A stretch of DNA of 64,000 nucleotides from an uncultured Candidatus Saccharibacteria bacterium (lineage in GTDB: Bacteria > Patescibacteriota > Minisyncoccia > Phycocordibacterales > JACNGX01), in assembly GCA_964621395.1 (NCBI GenBank), contig CAZULS010000001.1, positions 615 to 64,614 of the forward strand, given 5' to 3'. Below the pieces are notes generated by a model that saw only the letters and a list, made by a program, of their open reading frames with translations, did no database searches and was not told where the DNA came from. Of the stretch, positions 19,078 to 27,439 are shown in pieces; position 1 is the stretch's first letter; the number at the start of each line of letters is the position of its first letter. Made by a program: the position numbers and the translations under genes.

Positions 19078-19251
19078 CTAAAGGATATAATTCTCGAATA
19101 CCCAGGAAAAGAGTGCATCAAATGCACCGAGATAATACGCGGCAACAAACGACACCACAATCACAATAATGGTGAACAAAGTGATCTGGCGACGATTCGG
19201 CCAATTCACGTGTCGCATTTCTGCTTGTACTTCTTTGAGATAATTGCTCAT
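19078..19251 (-). CDS. secE: Preprotein translocase subunit SecE (57 aa; below the ORF-track length cutoff)
   Basis: Minus-strand translation reads MSNYLKEVQAEMRHVNWPNRRQITLFTIIVIVVSFVAAYYLGAFDALFSWVFENYIL. Single TM. Located immediately upstream of nusG as in the conserved operon. Confidence 0.8.
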   Translation of the reverse strand: MSNYLKEVQAEMRHVNWPNRRQITLFTIIVIVVSFVAAYYLGAFDALFSWVFENYIL

Positions 19252-19374
19252 ATATATTGTATGAAAAATCCATTTTTAAAAGGCCTTTCGGCCCCTGTTT
19301 CCTCTACTATACTCCCCTCACGGAGAAAGTCAAGTATTCGTCAGAGTTATGCGAAAATATGCTACACTTGTTTT

Positions 19375-20037
19375 ATGAGTGTCCGAATATCGATAGACTC
19401 ATCATCAAGTTTTCTTTCTTCACGCAAGAAAAGTATTTCTGCTTTTATTAATCAGGTGGTTAGTTCAGTGGAAAGAGATATTGATTTTGGTGATGTGGAA
19501 ATAGAAATAGTGGAAACAAAAAATTCCGCTGTTCTGAAGAATATTAATGGTATTGGAGCATATACCCCTTCAGAAGATTTTATTCGACTGACCATTGATG
19601 TTGTCCACCCTGGCATGGACGAGCAGCTCAATACATATCTTCATATTCCACTTATTCATGAACTCCATCATTGTGCTCGAAGAAGAGCAGGTGTTGCCAT
19701 CGATGGAACAACATTCGGAGAGTGTATATTCAGTGAGGGTCTGGCTGACTATTTTGCATATACCAAAACGGGAACATTACCGCCGTGGATAATAGACATT
19801 CACAAACAAGACAAAGAGTTGCTACGCAAAAAAATAAAAGGATTGTATGAAAAGGAATTTACACTTGATGACTATACTGCTTGGTTTATAAAAGGATCAG
19901 AGGAAAAAAATATACCTGCATTTGCAGGCTATACTCTTGGATTTGATATGGTAAAAAATCTTATTGAGAAAAATCCTCAACACACAATACTATCGCTCAC
20001 CCACACACCTTTCTCTATGTCTTTTGTAAAAAATTGA
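19375..20037 (+). CDS. Putative Zn-dependent peptidase-like protein with an HELHH (HExxH) motif
   Basis: Start trimmed to MSVRISIDSS (ATG 19375) because the 5' part of the ORF is antisense to secE. HELHHCARR motif. Family assignment is tentative (DUF2268-like). Confidence 0.45.
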   Translation: MSVRISIDSSSSFLSSRKKSISAFINQVVSSVERDIDFGDVEIEIVETKNSAVLKNINGIGAYTPSEDFIRLTIDVVHPGMDEQLNTYLHIPLIHELHHCARRRAGVAIDGTTFGECIFSEGLADYFAYTKTGTLPPWIIDIHKQDKELLRKKIKGLYEKEFTLDDYTAWFIKGSEEKNIPAFAGYTLGFDMVKNLIEKNPQHTILSLTHTPFSMSFVKN

Positions 20038-20051
20038 GTTCCCGGTTTCCC

Positions 20052-20570
20052 TTAGACACACACTGCCCACGCCCTCTGGCGCAAACGAATGAGCATCGCC
20101 CAGAGGAATGCGGAAATAAATATGAGCGACGAGGAAAAGCACGTGCCGTCGGAAGCATAGAGCGTTTCAAGCGTACACCCTAAAGGTGCAGCAAGAGAAA
20201 TATCTCCCGCCTTTACCATCCCTGAAAATACCAGCGAGGCAATGCTCCCGATACCAAGATACCACGTGAGGAGTTTCTGACGAAAACGACGAGATCGCCC
20301 ACACGGGTCCCCGCGATACACAAAGAGTGACCATACAAATCCGATGGAAAGCGCCACGGCGGTGAAAAAACATACCGACACAAGCGACCACCCCTCAATG
20401 CATGTCATCGGAATATCATTTGTTGTTTCAAAAAAATGCAGAACCTTCGTATACACACCCGACCACACCGACAATGCCCCGGCAATAAGGAGCGTCGATT
20501 GAAAAAGGAAAAGGAGAGAACGTAGAGAAAGAGACCGTGCCATGGGTATAATTGTACCACTCACATCCAT
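20052..20570 (-). CDS. Hypothetical integral membrane protein (about 4 TM segments)
   Basis: Several hydrophobic helices. An alternative start at MARSLSL (20543) is possible. Confidence 0.5.
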   Translation of the reverse strand: MDVSGTIIPMARSLSLRSLLFLFQSTLLIAGALSVWSGVYTKVLHFFETTNDIPMTCIEGWSLVSVCFFTAVALSIGFVWSLFVYRGDPCGRSRRFRQKLLTWYLGIGSIASLVFSGMVKAGDISLAAPLGCTLETLYASDGTCFSSSLIFISAFLWAMLIRLRQRAWAVCV

Positions 20571-20833
20571 ATACTGTCATTCCCGCCTCCGAGCGGGAAT
20601 CTTCTCTGTCTTGTTTCCGAGAGCTATTAGGGAAGATCCCGCATCAAGTGCGGGATGACAAAGAGTGTATATGCCATCTGAAAAGCGGTGACCGAAGGTC
20701 GCCGCTTCTTTCTAATTTCTAATTCCGAATTTCTAACTTCTAATCATCGTCATCATCCTTGTCTTTCTTATGTGAATCGCTTTTTTTCGAAGAACCTGCC
20801 TCATCGTAGGTGGCTTGTTCTCGTGAGTGAAGA

Positions 20834-20942
20834 TTCGTGCGAACCGCAGTCGCGGAGACCGTGCCGCACCATTCGTGCGGTGCGGTTGAGCGACAAGGTG
20901 CAGCCGAATATTCAACACGAGAACTGCCAAGCACACACTCAA
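20834..20942. repeat. Copy A of a ~100-nt structured repeat (..cggagaccgtgccgcac-cattc-gtgcggtgcggttgagcgacaag..gagaactgccaagc)
   Basis: The same element in reverse orientation sits at 29077-29180 and 52168-52270. The central hairpin has G.U pairs in one orientation only. Confidence 0.7.
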
Positions 20943-20971
20943 AGCATACAGCGAATTATCTACGCGGCGTA

Positions 20972-21193
20972 CTATGAGGCAGGTTCGACAACTTTCGGTC
21001 CGCGATGAGGTGGAATGATGAAAATGGCTAAAATGTAAGCAACAAGTCCGGGCATGATGCCGGTAAAAATGGTCACCACAACCCACAACACGCGCAAAAT
21101 CACCGGGTCAACATCAACATATTCACCAATACCGCCACACACGCCTGCAAACACCCTGTTTTCACTGCTTCGATAAAGCTTTTTCATATGCAA
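20972..21193 (-). CDS. PspC-domain membrane protein
   Basis: LYRSSENRVFAGVCGGIGEYVDVDPVILRVLWVV followed by a TM segment. Typical PspC N-terminal domain. Confidence 0.8.
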   Translation of the reverse strand: MHMKKLYRSSENRVFAGVCGGIGEYVDVDPVILRVLWVVVTIFTGIMPGLVAYILAIFIIPPHRGPKVVEPAS

Positions 21194-21246
21194 TACGAGA
21201 TAAGAATAATGTCTGTATCATAACAGCTTTTTACCGTGTGTAAATA

Positions 21247-21987
21247 TCATAGTTTATACAAAAAACCATTTCTACTCCAAAACCAGAGAGGGGGATGCAT
21301 GTCGATTGGAGTAATTCCACTTCCCTCAAGAGCAAGTCTCCATTTCTCCGCAATTTCATCTTTTGACATCGACGACGCCTCTCTTTCGGTAATAAGACCA
21401 AGTACGACGGAACACTGAGTAATGTGTGTGTCCGGAGCAATTGAAATGTACTCTCGGTTTTCCATATCCACCTTACCAAAATCTTCCAAAATGAATGCCC
21501 AATAATTAAATATCTTCGGACCGGAAAGATACGGGAATCCTTTTTTATACTTGTTCTGAACAGTATTCTGAAGTAATAAAAAATCTTTTCCCACTTCATT
21601 AATAAAATTACTAAAGGAGCCCCACTCGTTAAAGACTGTCTTTGCAATAGTTTTCCATGTCGTAGTATGTTTATTCGGCTGAAGAGCAAGCTTATGCTCT
21701 TGAAGTCTTTCTCTCAACACTTCATCGGACATACGAGAAACAGTGGAGATATCAAAAACTTCTTTTGTGTCTTTGTCATTCCATGTTTTTAAAGCACTTT
21801 TCCATAATACATAACTGTCGCGTTGATAATTCAATGCCATGGGAAGTGTAAAGTAAACCAGTCGCTCTTCTCTCTGATCTTGAGTGAATCCTGGATTACT
21901 ATCCTCAGGCATAACAGTCTGTCCAAGTAGCCCATCGTCGTATGCCCTTAACAACATCCTACATTTATATACTAATTCTTTATTCAT
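21247..21987 (-). CDS. Putative HhH-GPD-superfamily DNA glycosylase-like protein
   Basis: Hairpin-like FPYLSGPKIFNYWAFIL followed by ISIAPDTHITQCSVVLGLI, which resembles the LxGxGxKTA...VDTHV signature. Overlaps the upstream gene by 4 nt (ATGA). Confidence 0.4.
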   Translation of the reverse strand: MNKELVYKCRMLLRAYDDGLLGQTVMPEDSNPGFTQDQREERLVYFTLPMALNYQRDSYVLWKSALKTWNDKDTKEVFDISTVSRMSDEVLRERLQEHKLALQPNKHTTTWKTIAKTVFNEWGSFSNFINEVGKDFLLLQNTVQNKYKKGFPYLSGPKIFNYWAFILEDFGKVDMENREYISIAPDTHITQCSVVLGLITEREASSMSKDEIAEKWRLALEGSGITPIDMHPPLWFWSRNGFLYKL

Positions 21988-22499
21988 ATCTTTCGACTAT
22001 CATACGCCCAGTGGAGTAATGCCTGGCGCTGGCGAGGGCGGCAGGCAGCATCTTTCTTGGTGCAATTCTTTCTCACAGCTCCCGCGTGGCGACGAAACGC
22101 TTTCCAGCGTTTGATTTGTCGCTCATCGTCAGAGTGCCGTCGCCCCATATAATACCGACAGTACCACTGAAACCACCCCCTTGGGTCGTCTTCGTGAATC
22201 CACCCCTTCGTCTTCCAATATGAGAGTGGTTTACTTGCATTTACACCAAAATAATTCAGTGTCGCATCGCGTTTTTCATGACACAGCTTCGCATCCGTAA
22301 ACCAATTCGACGGAAACTCCGCTCTGCAGTCGGTCATGTACTTCCCACCAAAGACACCAAGAGCAAGCATTTCCTTCGGCGAAAGTTCCGGATTAAAATC
22401 AGGATGAAAATTCTTCCCCTCCGGCTCACTAAGCTCATAGGAATATCCCTTTTGCATCAAGTCATTCACCACAATTGTTTTTTTATGTTTCCGCGGCAT
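21984..22499 (-). CDS. Conserved hypothetical Cys/Trp-rich protein (KGWIHEDDPRGWFQWYCRYYMGRRH), co-transcribed with the glycosylase-like gene
   Basis: 171-aa ORF with a 4-nt overlap onto the downstream gene. I could not place it in a family. Confidence 0.45.
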   Translation of the reverse strand: MPRKHKKTIVVNDLMQKGYSYELSEPEGKNFHPDFNPELSPKEMLALGVFGGKYMTDCRAEFPSNWFTDAKLCHEKRDATLNYFGVNASKPLSYWKTKGWIHEDDPRGWFQWYCRYYMGRRHSDDERQIKRWKAFRRHAGAVRKNCTKKDAACRPRQRQALLHWAYDSRKI

Positions 22500-22750
22500 A
22501 GCACAAATGTTTCAAAACTTCCTCAAGCGGAACACCACCTTCGCGCACGTTAGTGAAGTCCGCAATCGTCTCCCACTCTTCATCTTTTTCGTCTTCTTTG
22601 TTCATAGGCACTCTATACACCATTCCCGTCATTCCCGCCCCCGAGCGGGAATCTTCATTATATTTTTTCCAAAAGTTATTCAGGAAGATTCCGCATTATA
22701 TCCGACTGCTCGCAGTGTAGGATCAAGTGCAGAATGACAGGAAAAATATA

Positions 22751-24400
22751 TTATTCCTTCTTCTCCCACTGAGGGTCCGGTTCAATAAGGCCGTGGCCTT
22801 CCAAGCGGGCGCGGATACTGCCCGGCTGGCGACCGAAGATTGGCGGCAATTCCTCAAGCGACTTTCCTTCCTTGAAGAGTGCAACGAGCTTTTCATCATC
22901 CTCTTCTTTCCACGGACGATAGGCATTCGGATATGTTTCGCGCAATTTCTCAATACGCTTTTGCCATGCTGAGGGTTCTTTAGATTTTTCTTTTTGGGTC
23001 TTGCCCGATCCGGTCGCACTTTTGCGCTTGCGCGAAAGTGCGACCGGATGTAGGGTCCCTCCGCATGCCTTGATAAAATTCTCATGCATGCTCTTCAATT
23101 CTTCCGCGCTCTTGCCCGCAAAAATATCTCTCGCTTTGCCACTTGCTTCGCGGAATGTCTCATCTCTCGCACGCACATCACTATCGACAGCAAACGCTCG
23201 TTCGTTGTAGCCGAGCAGATGCACTCCTTCGAGCCTTCGCACACGCGAAAGCGCCACATATCCCTGCCCGTATTCAAACACGCCGGAAAGATCCATTGCC
23301 GCCATGTCCATACTCATACCCTGGCTCTTATGCACGGTAATCGCCCAAGCCAACCGCAAGGGTATCTGAGAAATCCGCGCGCGCACTTTGCCGTCTTCTT
23401 CCACCACCCATTCCATCATTTCCGTGTCCACCGTCGTACCATCACCGATTTTCACTTTCGGATTGCCGGAAAAATCATCAAAGCCAACCACCTCACCAAG
23501 CGTCCCGTTTACAAATTCTTTCTTCGGGTCGTTCTTCGTAAACATAACCTTCGCGCCGATTTTGAGCTTGAGCTCTTCAGGCGAGAGACACCCTTTCTTC
23601 AGCGCAGCAACGAGCGATTCTTTCCCTGTGCCCGTCATGTGAAATGTGTGCATATCACCGGGAATGCGCCCGAGTGCCACATCGTTGACCTTGTCGACAT
23701 TAGCATTGTGCGAAAAGAGCTTCGGCATGTCCCCTTCCACCACCGTCACAATCCGCTCTTCCAAACACGCCTTATGCGTGCCATCAAATGTACCACACCG
23801 AATAGCGGAAAGTACTTCAAGATACCGCGGATCGTCCTGACGATATTGCTCGGAAAGATAGCACGTGAGAAATCCCGCCTCCTTCCACACAGGTGAATCA
23901 TATGCAAAGCGCGGCGGTTTTTCGTTCTGAAAAAGCCGGGCATCGGCGCCCGCCCGCGGCTTCGCAATCGGCGGCAATTGAAAAAAATCTCCCACCAACA
24001 CAACCTGCAATCCGCCAAATGCTTCCGGCTTCCCGCGCACTTCCCGACACACAGCGTCCACCATGGAAAGGACATTCGGTCCGAGCATGGATACCTCATC
24101 AATAATAAGTACGGTTGCCTTGCGAATGCGCTTTGCCAGATATTCACGCATGGCAATCGTCTCCACGTCGTAGACTGAAAAGTAGTCACGCACGCCAATA
24201 CCGCTCCATGCGTGAATCGTCATACCGCCCAAATGCGTGGCGGCAATACCTGTTGAGGCGGTAATTGCCGGCTCAATGCCATGCTCACGCAAATACGCCA
24301 CATACGTATTCACCGTATGTGTCTTACCGCTCCCCGGCTCTCCCGTGAGAAACACATTCGCCCCCGTTTTCAAAATTGAAAGCGCTTCAGATTGAGTCAT
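22751..24400 (-). CDS. Pif1/RecD-like ATP-dependent DNA helicase with a C-terminal extension
   Basis: Walker A LTGEPGSGKTHT, Walker B LIIDEVSM, UvrD_C_2-like QGMSMD...ALSRVR. About 120 aa of Lys/Glu-rich C-terminal tail. Confidence 0.8.
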   Translation of the reverse strand: MTQSEALSILKTGANVFLTGEPGSGKTHTVNTYVAYLREHGIEPAITASTGIAATHLGGMTIHAWSGIGVRDYFSVYDVETIAMREYLAKRIRKATVLIIDEVSMLGPNVLSMVDAVCREVRGKPEAFGGLQVVLVGDFFQLPPIAKPRAGADARLFQNEKPPRFAYDSPVWKEAGFLTCYLSEQYRQDDPRYLEVLSAIRCGTFDGTHKACLEERIVTVVEGDMPKLFSHNANVDKVNDVALGRIPGDMHTFHMTGTGKESLVAALKKGCLSPEELKLKIGAKVMFTKNDPKKEFVNGTLGEVVGFDDFSGNPKVKIGDGTTVDTEMMEWVVEEDGKVRARISQIPLRLAWAITVHKSQGMSMDMAAMDLSGVFEYGQGYVALSRVRRLEGVHLLGYNERAFAVDSDVRARDETFREASGKARDIFAGKSAEELKSMHENFIKACGGTLHPVALSRKRKSATGSGKTQKEKSKEPSAWQKRIEKLRETYPNAYRPWKEEDDEKLVALFKEGKSLEELPPIFGRQPGSIRARLEGHGLIEPDPQWEKKE

Positions 24401-24544
24401 GAGAACAGTATATCACGGACATATGAAACTGACCTCATTTGTAAACTTACGCTTCTCAATTGTAAACTCATTGTAAACAAACCCCCTCTCCTGGCTCAGG
24501 CAACTACCCTTGTATCACAAAAAGGAGATACTACACACTAATTA

Positions 24545-24820
24545 TCAGTTATATATGTCATGATCCCCGATAGCAAGAAGAAGAATGTGTTTCTCTTTCG
24601 TGTATGAGAAAACAATTCGTATCTTGTAGTTTACCGAAAATGCATAACGTCCGGAGAGTTTTCCTTTCAGTTTGTGCACTTTCAAGCGCCTGTGATTTGT
24701 AGCGGTGCGCACATCGTCAATTGCATCAAGAGCTTCTTCTTGGAGCTCAAACGGAAGTGATTCGAGCTGGCGCATGAATGACGGAGTATAGAGAATATCC
24801 ATACGATTATTTTTTCTCAC
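24545..24820 (-). CDS. Type II toxin, RelE/YafQ family
   Basis: LKVHKLKGKLSGRYAFSVNYKIRIVF...ILLLAIGDHDIY. Overlaps the upstream small gene by 14 nt. Confidence 0.65.
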   Translation of the reverse strand: MRKNNRMDILYTPSFMRQLESLPFELQEEALDAIDDVRTATNHRRLKVHKLKGKLSGRYAFSVNYKIRIVFSYTKEKHILLLAIGDHDIYN

Positions 24821-25028
24821 GAAGAATCTTTCGCAAGTCTCCTTTTAATATTTTTCCCTCGCGTACTTCTTGTTCAGACATAAGCACGGCTCGTATCGCT
24901 TCTTCTTCCGCCAAACGCATAAGCGCCTTGCGTACAACAGCCGCCTTATTCGGCGACTCACCCGACTTGATTTGCGACTCAATAAACGCCTCGAGCTCAC
25001 CAGAAATGGGAACAGATAATGTGGTCAT
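24807..25028 (-). CDS. Putative antitoxin (ribbon-helix-helix/DinJ-like) paired with the RelE/YafQ toxin
   Basis: 73-aa acidic helical protein immediately upstream of the toxin gene and overlapping it. Confidence 0.55.
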   Translation of the reverse strand: MTTLSVPISGELEAFIESQIKSGESPNKAAVVRKALMRLAEEEAIRAVLMSEQEVREGKILKGDLRKILREKK

Positions 25029-25134
25029 AATAAAGTATGATAATATAATATGATACTATCATATACCTCTCGTGTGCGGGTGTCAATACAAAAACAACCC
25101 GCGTTTCCTTTCAGGAAACGCGGGTTGTTTTTTG

Positions 25135-25209
25135 TGGGGTGCCTACAGGGAATTGAACCCTGATAGCCGCCTCCACAGGGCGGAGCTTTACCATTAAGCT
25201 ATAGGCACC
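25135..25209 (-). tRNA. tRNA-His (anticodon GUG), with genomically encoded G-1 and CCA
   Basis: Minus-strand GGUGCCUAUAGCUUAAUGGUAAAGCUCCGCC-CUGUGGA-GGCGG...AGGGUUCAAUUCCCUGUAGGCACCCCA. G-1:C73 gives an 8-bp acceptor stem. Terminator hairpin at 25086-25134. Confidence 0.85.
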
Positions 25210-25335
25210 ATGTTGTCAGAGCAGCGCGGAAGCTTCGCTTCCGCGCTGCCTGAGTCGCCCTTTTATAGCACACTTTATTGGGTTTCGTCCAGTTTTCTCT
25301 GGATTCCGTGTCAAGCACGGAATGACAGTTGGTTT

Positions 25336-26133
25336 TTATCCGACAAACCCGGCAGCGATGAGGAGCGCGGCACATCCAAGAAGTAGCCAGCCGAATTGGA
25401 TGCGGCGAGCCGCGGCGAGAAGGAGATGAATCGTTGCCAAACCAAAGGCACATGAGGCAAGAAGCGTGACGACATTCTCAAGAGACAATGCAAAAAGTTC
25501 TGTATTTAATATGATGTTTCCGGCAACGATGAGCGGAATACCGGCAATAAAAGAGAGCTTCAGCGAGGCATCATCTCCATATCCGCGCAAAAGAAGTGCG
25601 GCAACCGTCGTCCCTGATCGGGAGATGCCGGGGATAACCGCGAGTGCTTGTCCAAGACCAACGAGCACGCCATCAATAAAGCGCACATCCCCCTCCCGCT
25701 TTTCTCCGCCCTTCCCTTTTGAAAGCTGCAACACACCGGTCACAGCAAGTGCCGCGCCAAGAAGCATGTTCACCCACATACCGCTCGTTGCGAGTATACT
25801 TTCTGCAGAATCAAGAAGGGAGAGTATGCCGATGCCGACAATGCCGCCAATGAGCGTTGCCACAATATAAAAAACGAGAGGATTCTTTTTTTCTTGCGGT
25901 AAGCCACGATACTGAAAGAGGTCTTTAATGAGTGCGACGATATCGGAGCGGAAATACACAATCGCTGCAAGCACCGTCCCGAGATGCAGAAAGAGCGCAA
26001 AGCGAATTGTATCACCAAGCGAGCCGCCGCCAAAAAAGAAGTGTTGCACGAGCACCACCATTCCTTCAGAACTCACCGGCAGCCATTCGGTGATCCCCTG
26101 CACTATTCCCAATGTAAGCGCTTCGCTTATCAT
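25336..26133 (-). CDS. uppP: Undecaprenyl-diphosphatase (BacA/UppP)
   Basis: LGIVQGITEWLPVSSEGMVVL N-terminal signature and multiple TM helices. Its start overlaps the toxin gene stop (ATGA). Confidence 0.9.
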   Translation of the reverse strand: MISEALTLGIVQGITEWLPVSSEGMVVLVQHFFFGGGSLGDTIRFALFLHLGTVLAAIVYFRSDIVALIKDLFQYRGLPQEKKNPLVFYIVATLIGGIVGIGILSLLDSAESILATSGMWVNMLLGAALAVTGVLQLSKGKGGEKREGDVRFIDGVLVGLGQALAVIPGISRSGTTVAALLLRGYGDDASLKLSFIAGIPLIVAGNIILNTELFALSLENVVTLLASCAFGLATIHLLLAAARRIQFGWLLLGCAALLIAAGFVG

Positions 26134-26411
26134 ATCCGCTTTTTTACTTGTCCATATATGGACGAACGATGTCCTATCATAACAACAACAATAACTTCTT
26201 GTTTGATTTCAAAAATGACTCTATAATCACCGACTCGAAGTTTTCTATATCCTCGCAACGACTGCTCTAGAGGAGCACCAAAAACCTCCGGCGATGTCGT
26301 TAATTTCTCTTCAATTGCTTTCTGTACACGCATCTGCACACTCTTCCCAAGAGCAGGGAGGTCTTTCTTTGAGATATCTTCATGGTAGATAACGGTATAT
26401 CTCATTTCCAT
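26130..26411 (-). CDS. Type II toxin, RelE/ParE family
   Basis: LRGYRKLRVGDYRVIFEIKQEVIVVVMIGHRSSIY. Confidence 0.75.
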   Translation of the reverse strand: MEMRYTVIYHEDISKKDLPALGKSVQMRVQKAIEEKLTTSPEVFGAPLEQSLRGYRKLRVGDYRVIFEIKQEVIVVVMIGHRSSIYGQVKKRI

Positions 26412-26623
26412 ACTTCATCATGAGAAAGATATACATTGCTTCTTTTTTGCCGTTCGGAAGCAAGACGATCAAACATAATATCTTCCTCAATCTCAAGCGC
26501 AAGGCGCAGCAATTCGGCCGCCTTTGTCGCTTGCGGAACATCATCGCGAAGAGCGAGTTTCTTCACCGCCCGCTCCACGTCTTTCGAGACACTGATATTG
26601 ATTCGTTTTTTTGTTGTAGGCAT
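26402..26623 (-). CDS. Putative RHH-type antitoxin paired with the RelE/ParE toxin
   Basis: 73-aa protein (MPTTKKRINISVSKDVERAVKKLAL...) upstream of the toxin and overlapping it by 10 nt. Confidence 0.6.
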   Translation of the reverse strand: MPTTKKRINISVSKDVERAVKKLALRDDVPQATKAAELLRLALEIEEDIMFDRLASERQKRSNVYLSHDEVWK

Positions 26624-26674
26624 ATGATGAAGTGTATCAAAAGTGTATCACCTATGTCAAGTAACGAATTCGTG

Positions 26675-27247
26675 TCATTCTGAATGTGATTCAGAATCTT
26701 CGTCATATGTTGGTGAATGTTCGGTAATACCTGCCTCCTCATTCACATATCGTGCGAAGACAAAAAAGAATGAAGACAGCCGATTCAAATACTGCAATGT
26801 TTCAGGCTGTACTTTTACTATTCCCTCTTCCGAAACAGCAACAACTCTTCTTTCAGCTCTTCGCGAAACCGTGCGCGCCACATCTCCGCGAGCGGAAATT
26901 TCATTTCCTCCCGGCACAATAAATGAATGGATGGAAGGAATCTTCTCTGCCATATTCTCTTCCATCTCCTCAAGTGTCGTTACCGACGCGGGAGTGATAT
27001 GCTTATCCGCCCCGGCGACTTCAGCCTGAATCGTAAAAAGATGCGATTGAATGTCGGTGAGAAACTCTTTCGCTAAAACACCTCCCGGCAATTGCATGTT
27101 ACCGACAAGTGCAACAGAAAGCCCGATTATGCTCGTTGCCTCATCGAGCGCGCCAAGCGCCTCAGCAATTGCTGAGCTCTTTGATATGCGCTGATCACAT
27201 CCATACAGCGTCGTCGTTCCATCATCACCTTTGCCTGTAAAATACAT
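26675..27247 (-). CDS. ATP:cob(I)alamin adenosyltransferase, PduO type
   Basis: MYFTGKGDDGTTTLYG N-terminal motif typical of the PduO/MMAB family. The 3' end of the ORF runs through a stem-loop repeat (26674-26698). Confidence 0.8.
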   Translation of the reverse strand: MYFTGKGDDGTTTLYGCDQRISKSSAIAEALGALDEATSIIGLSVALVGNMQLPGGVLAKEFLTDIQSHLFTIQAEVAGADKHITPASVTTLEEMEENMAEKIPSIHSFIVPGGNEISARGDVARTVSRRAERRVVAVSEEGIVKVQPETLQYLNRLSSFFFVFARYVNEEAGITEHSPTYDEDSESHSE

Positions 27248-27361
27248 GGTCAGTAGGTTAGTAAATCAGTAAATGAGGAGGTGAGTACAAAAGAAACCAC
27301 ACAAGCGAACATGCTCTCACCTATATACAGTATACCAGAGTTGATAAAGACGAAACAAAAG

Positions 27362-27380
27362 GCGGCGCTTCGCGCCGCCT
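27362..27380. terminator. GC hairpin terminator after cfa (gcggcgcttcgcgccgcc + T-run)
   Basis: Perfect stem followed by a T-run on the minus strand. The next feature is the aaggtttaacctt-type near-palindrome at 27398-27434. Confidence 0.55.
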
Positions 27381-27439
27381 TTTGTTTCATTTGGTAATTA
27401 CCTTTGATTAAGGTTTAACCTTAATCAAAGGTAACGTTT

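Noticed and set aside
18970-19374. 5' part of the 18970-20037 ORF
   Set aside because: Overlaps nusG and secE in antisense. The metallopeptidase-like gene most plausibly starts at ATG 19375.
20688-21008. ORFs 20688-21008(+), 20740-20934(-) and 28913-29200(-) sharing SRRPCRTIRAVRLSDK
   Set aside because: The shared peptide is the ~100-nt structured repeat read as protein, present in three copies. The ORFs are otherwise unconserved.
23084-23896. 270-aa plus-strand ORF
   Set aside because: Antisense to the Pif1-like helicase gene. No motifs.
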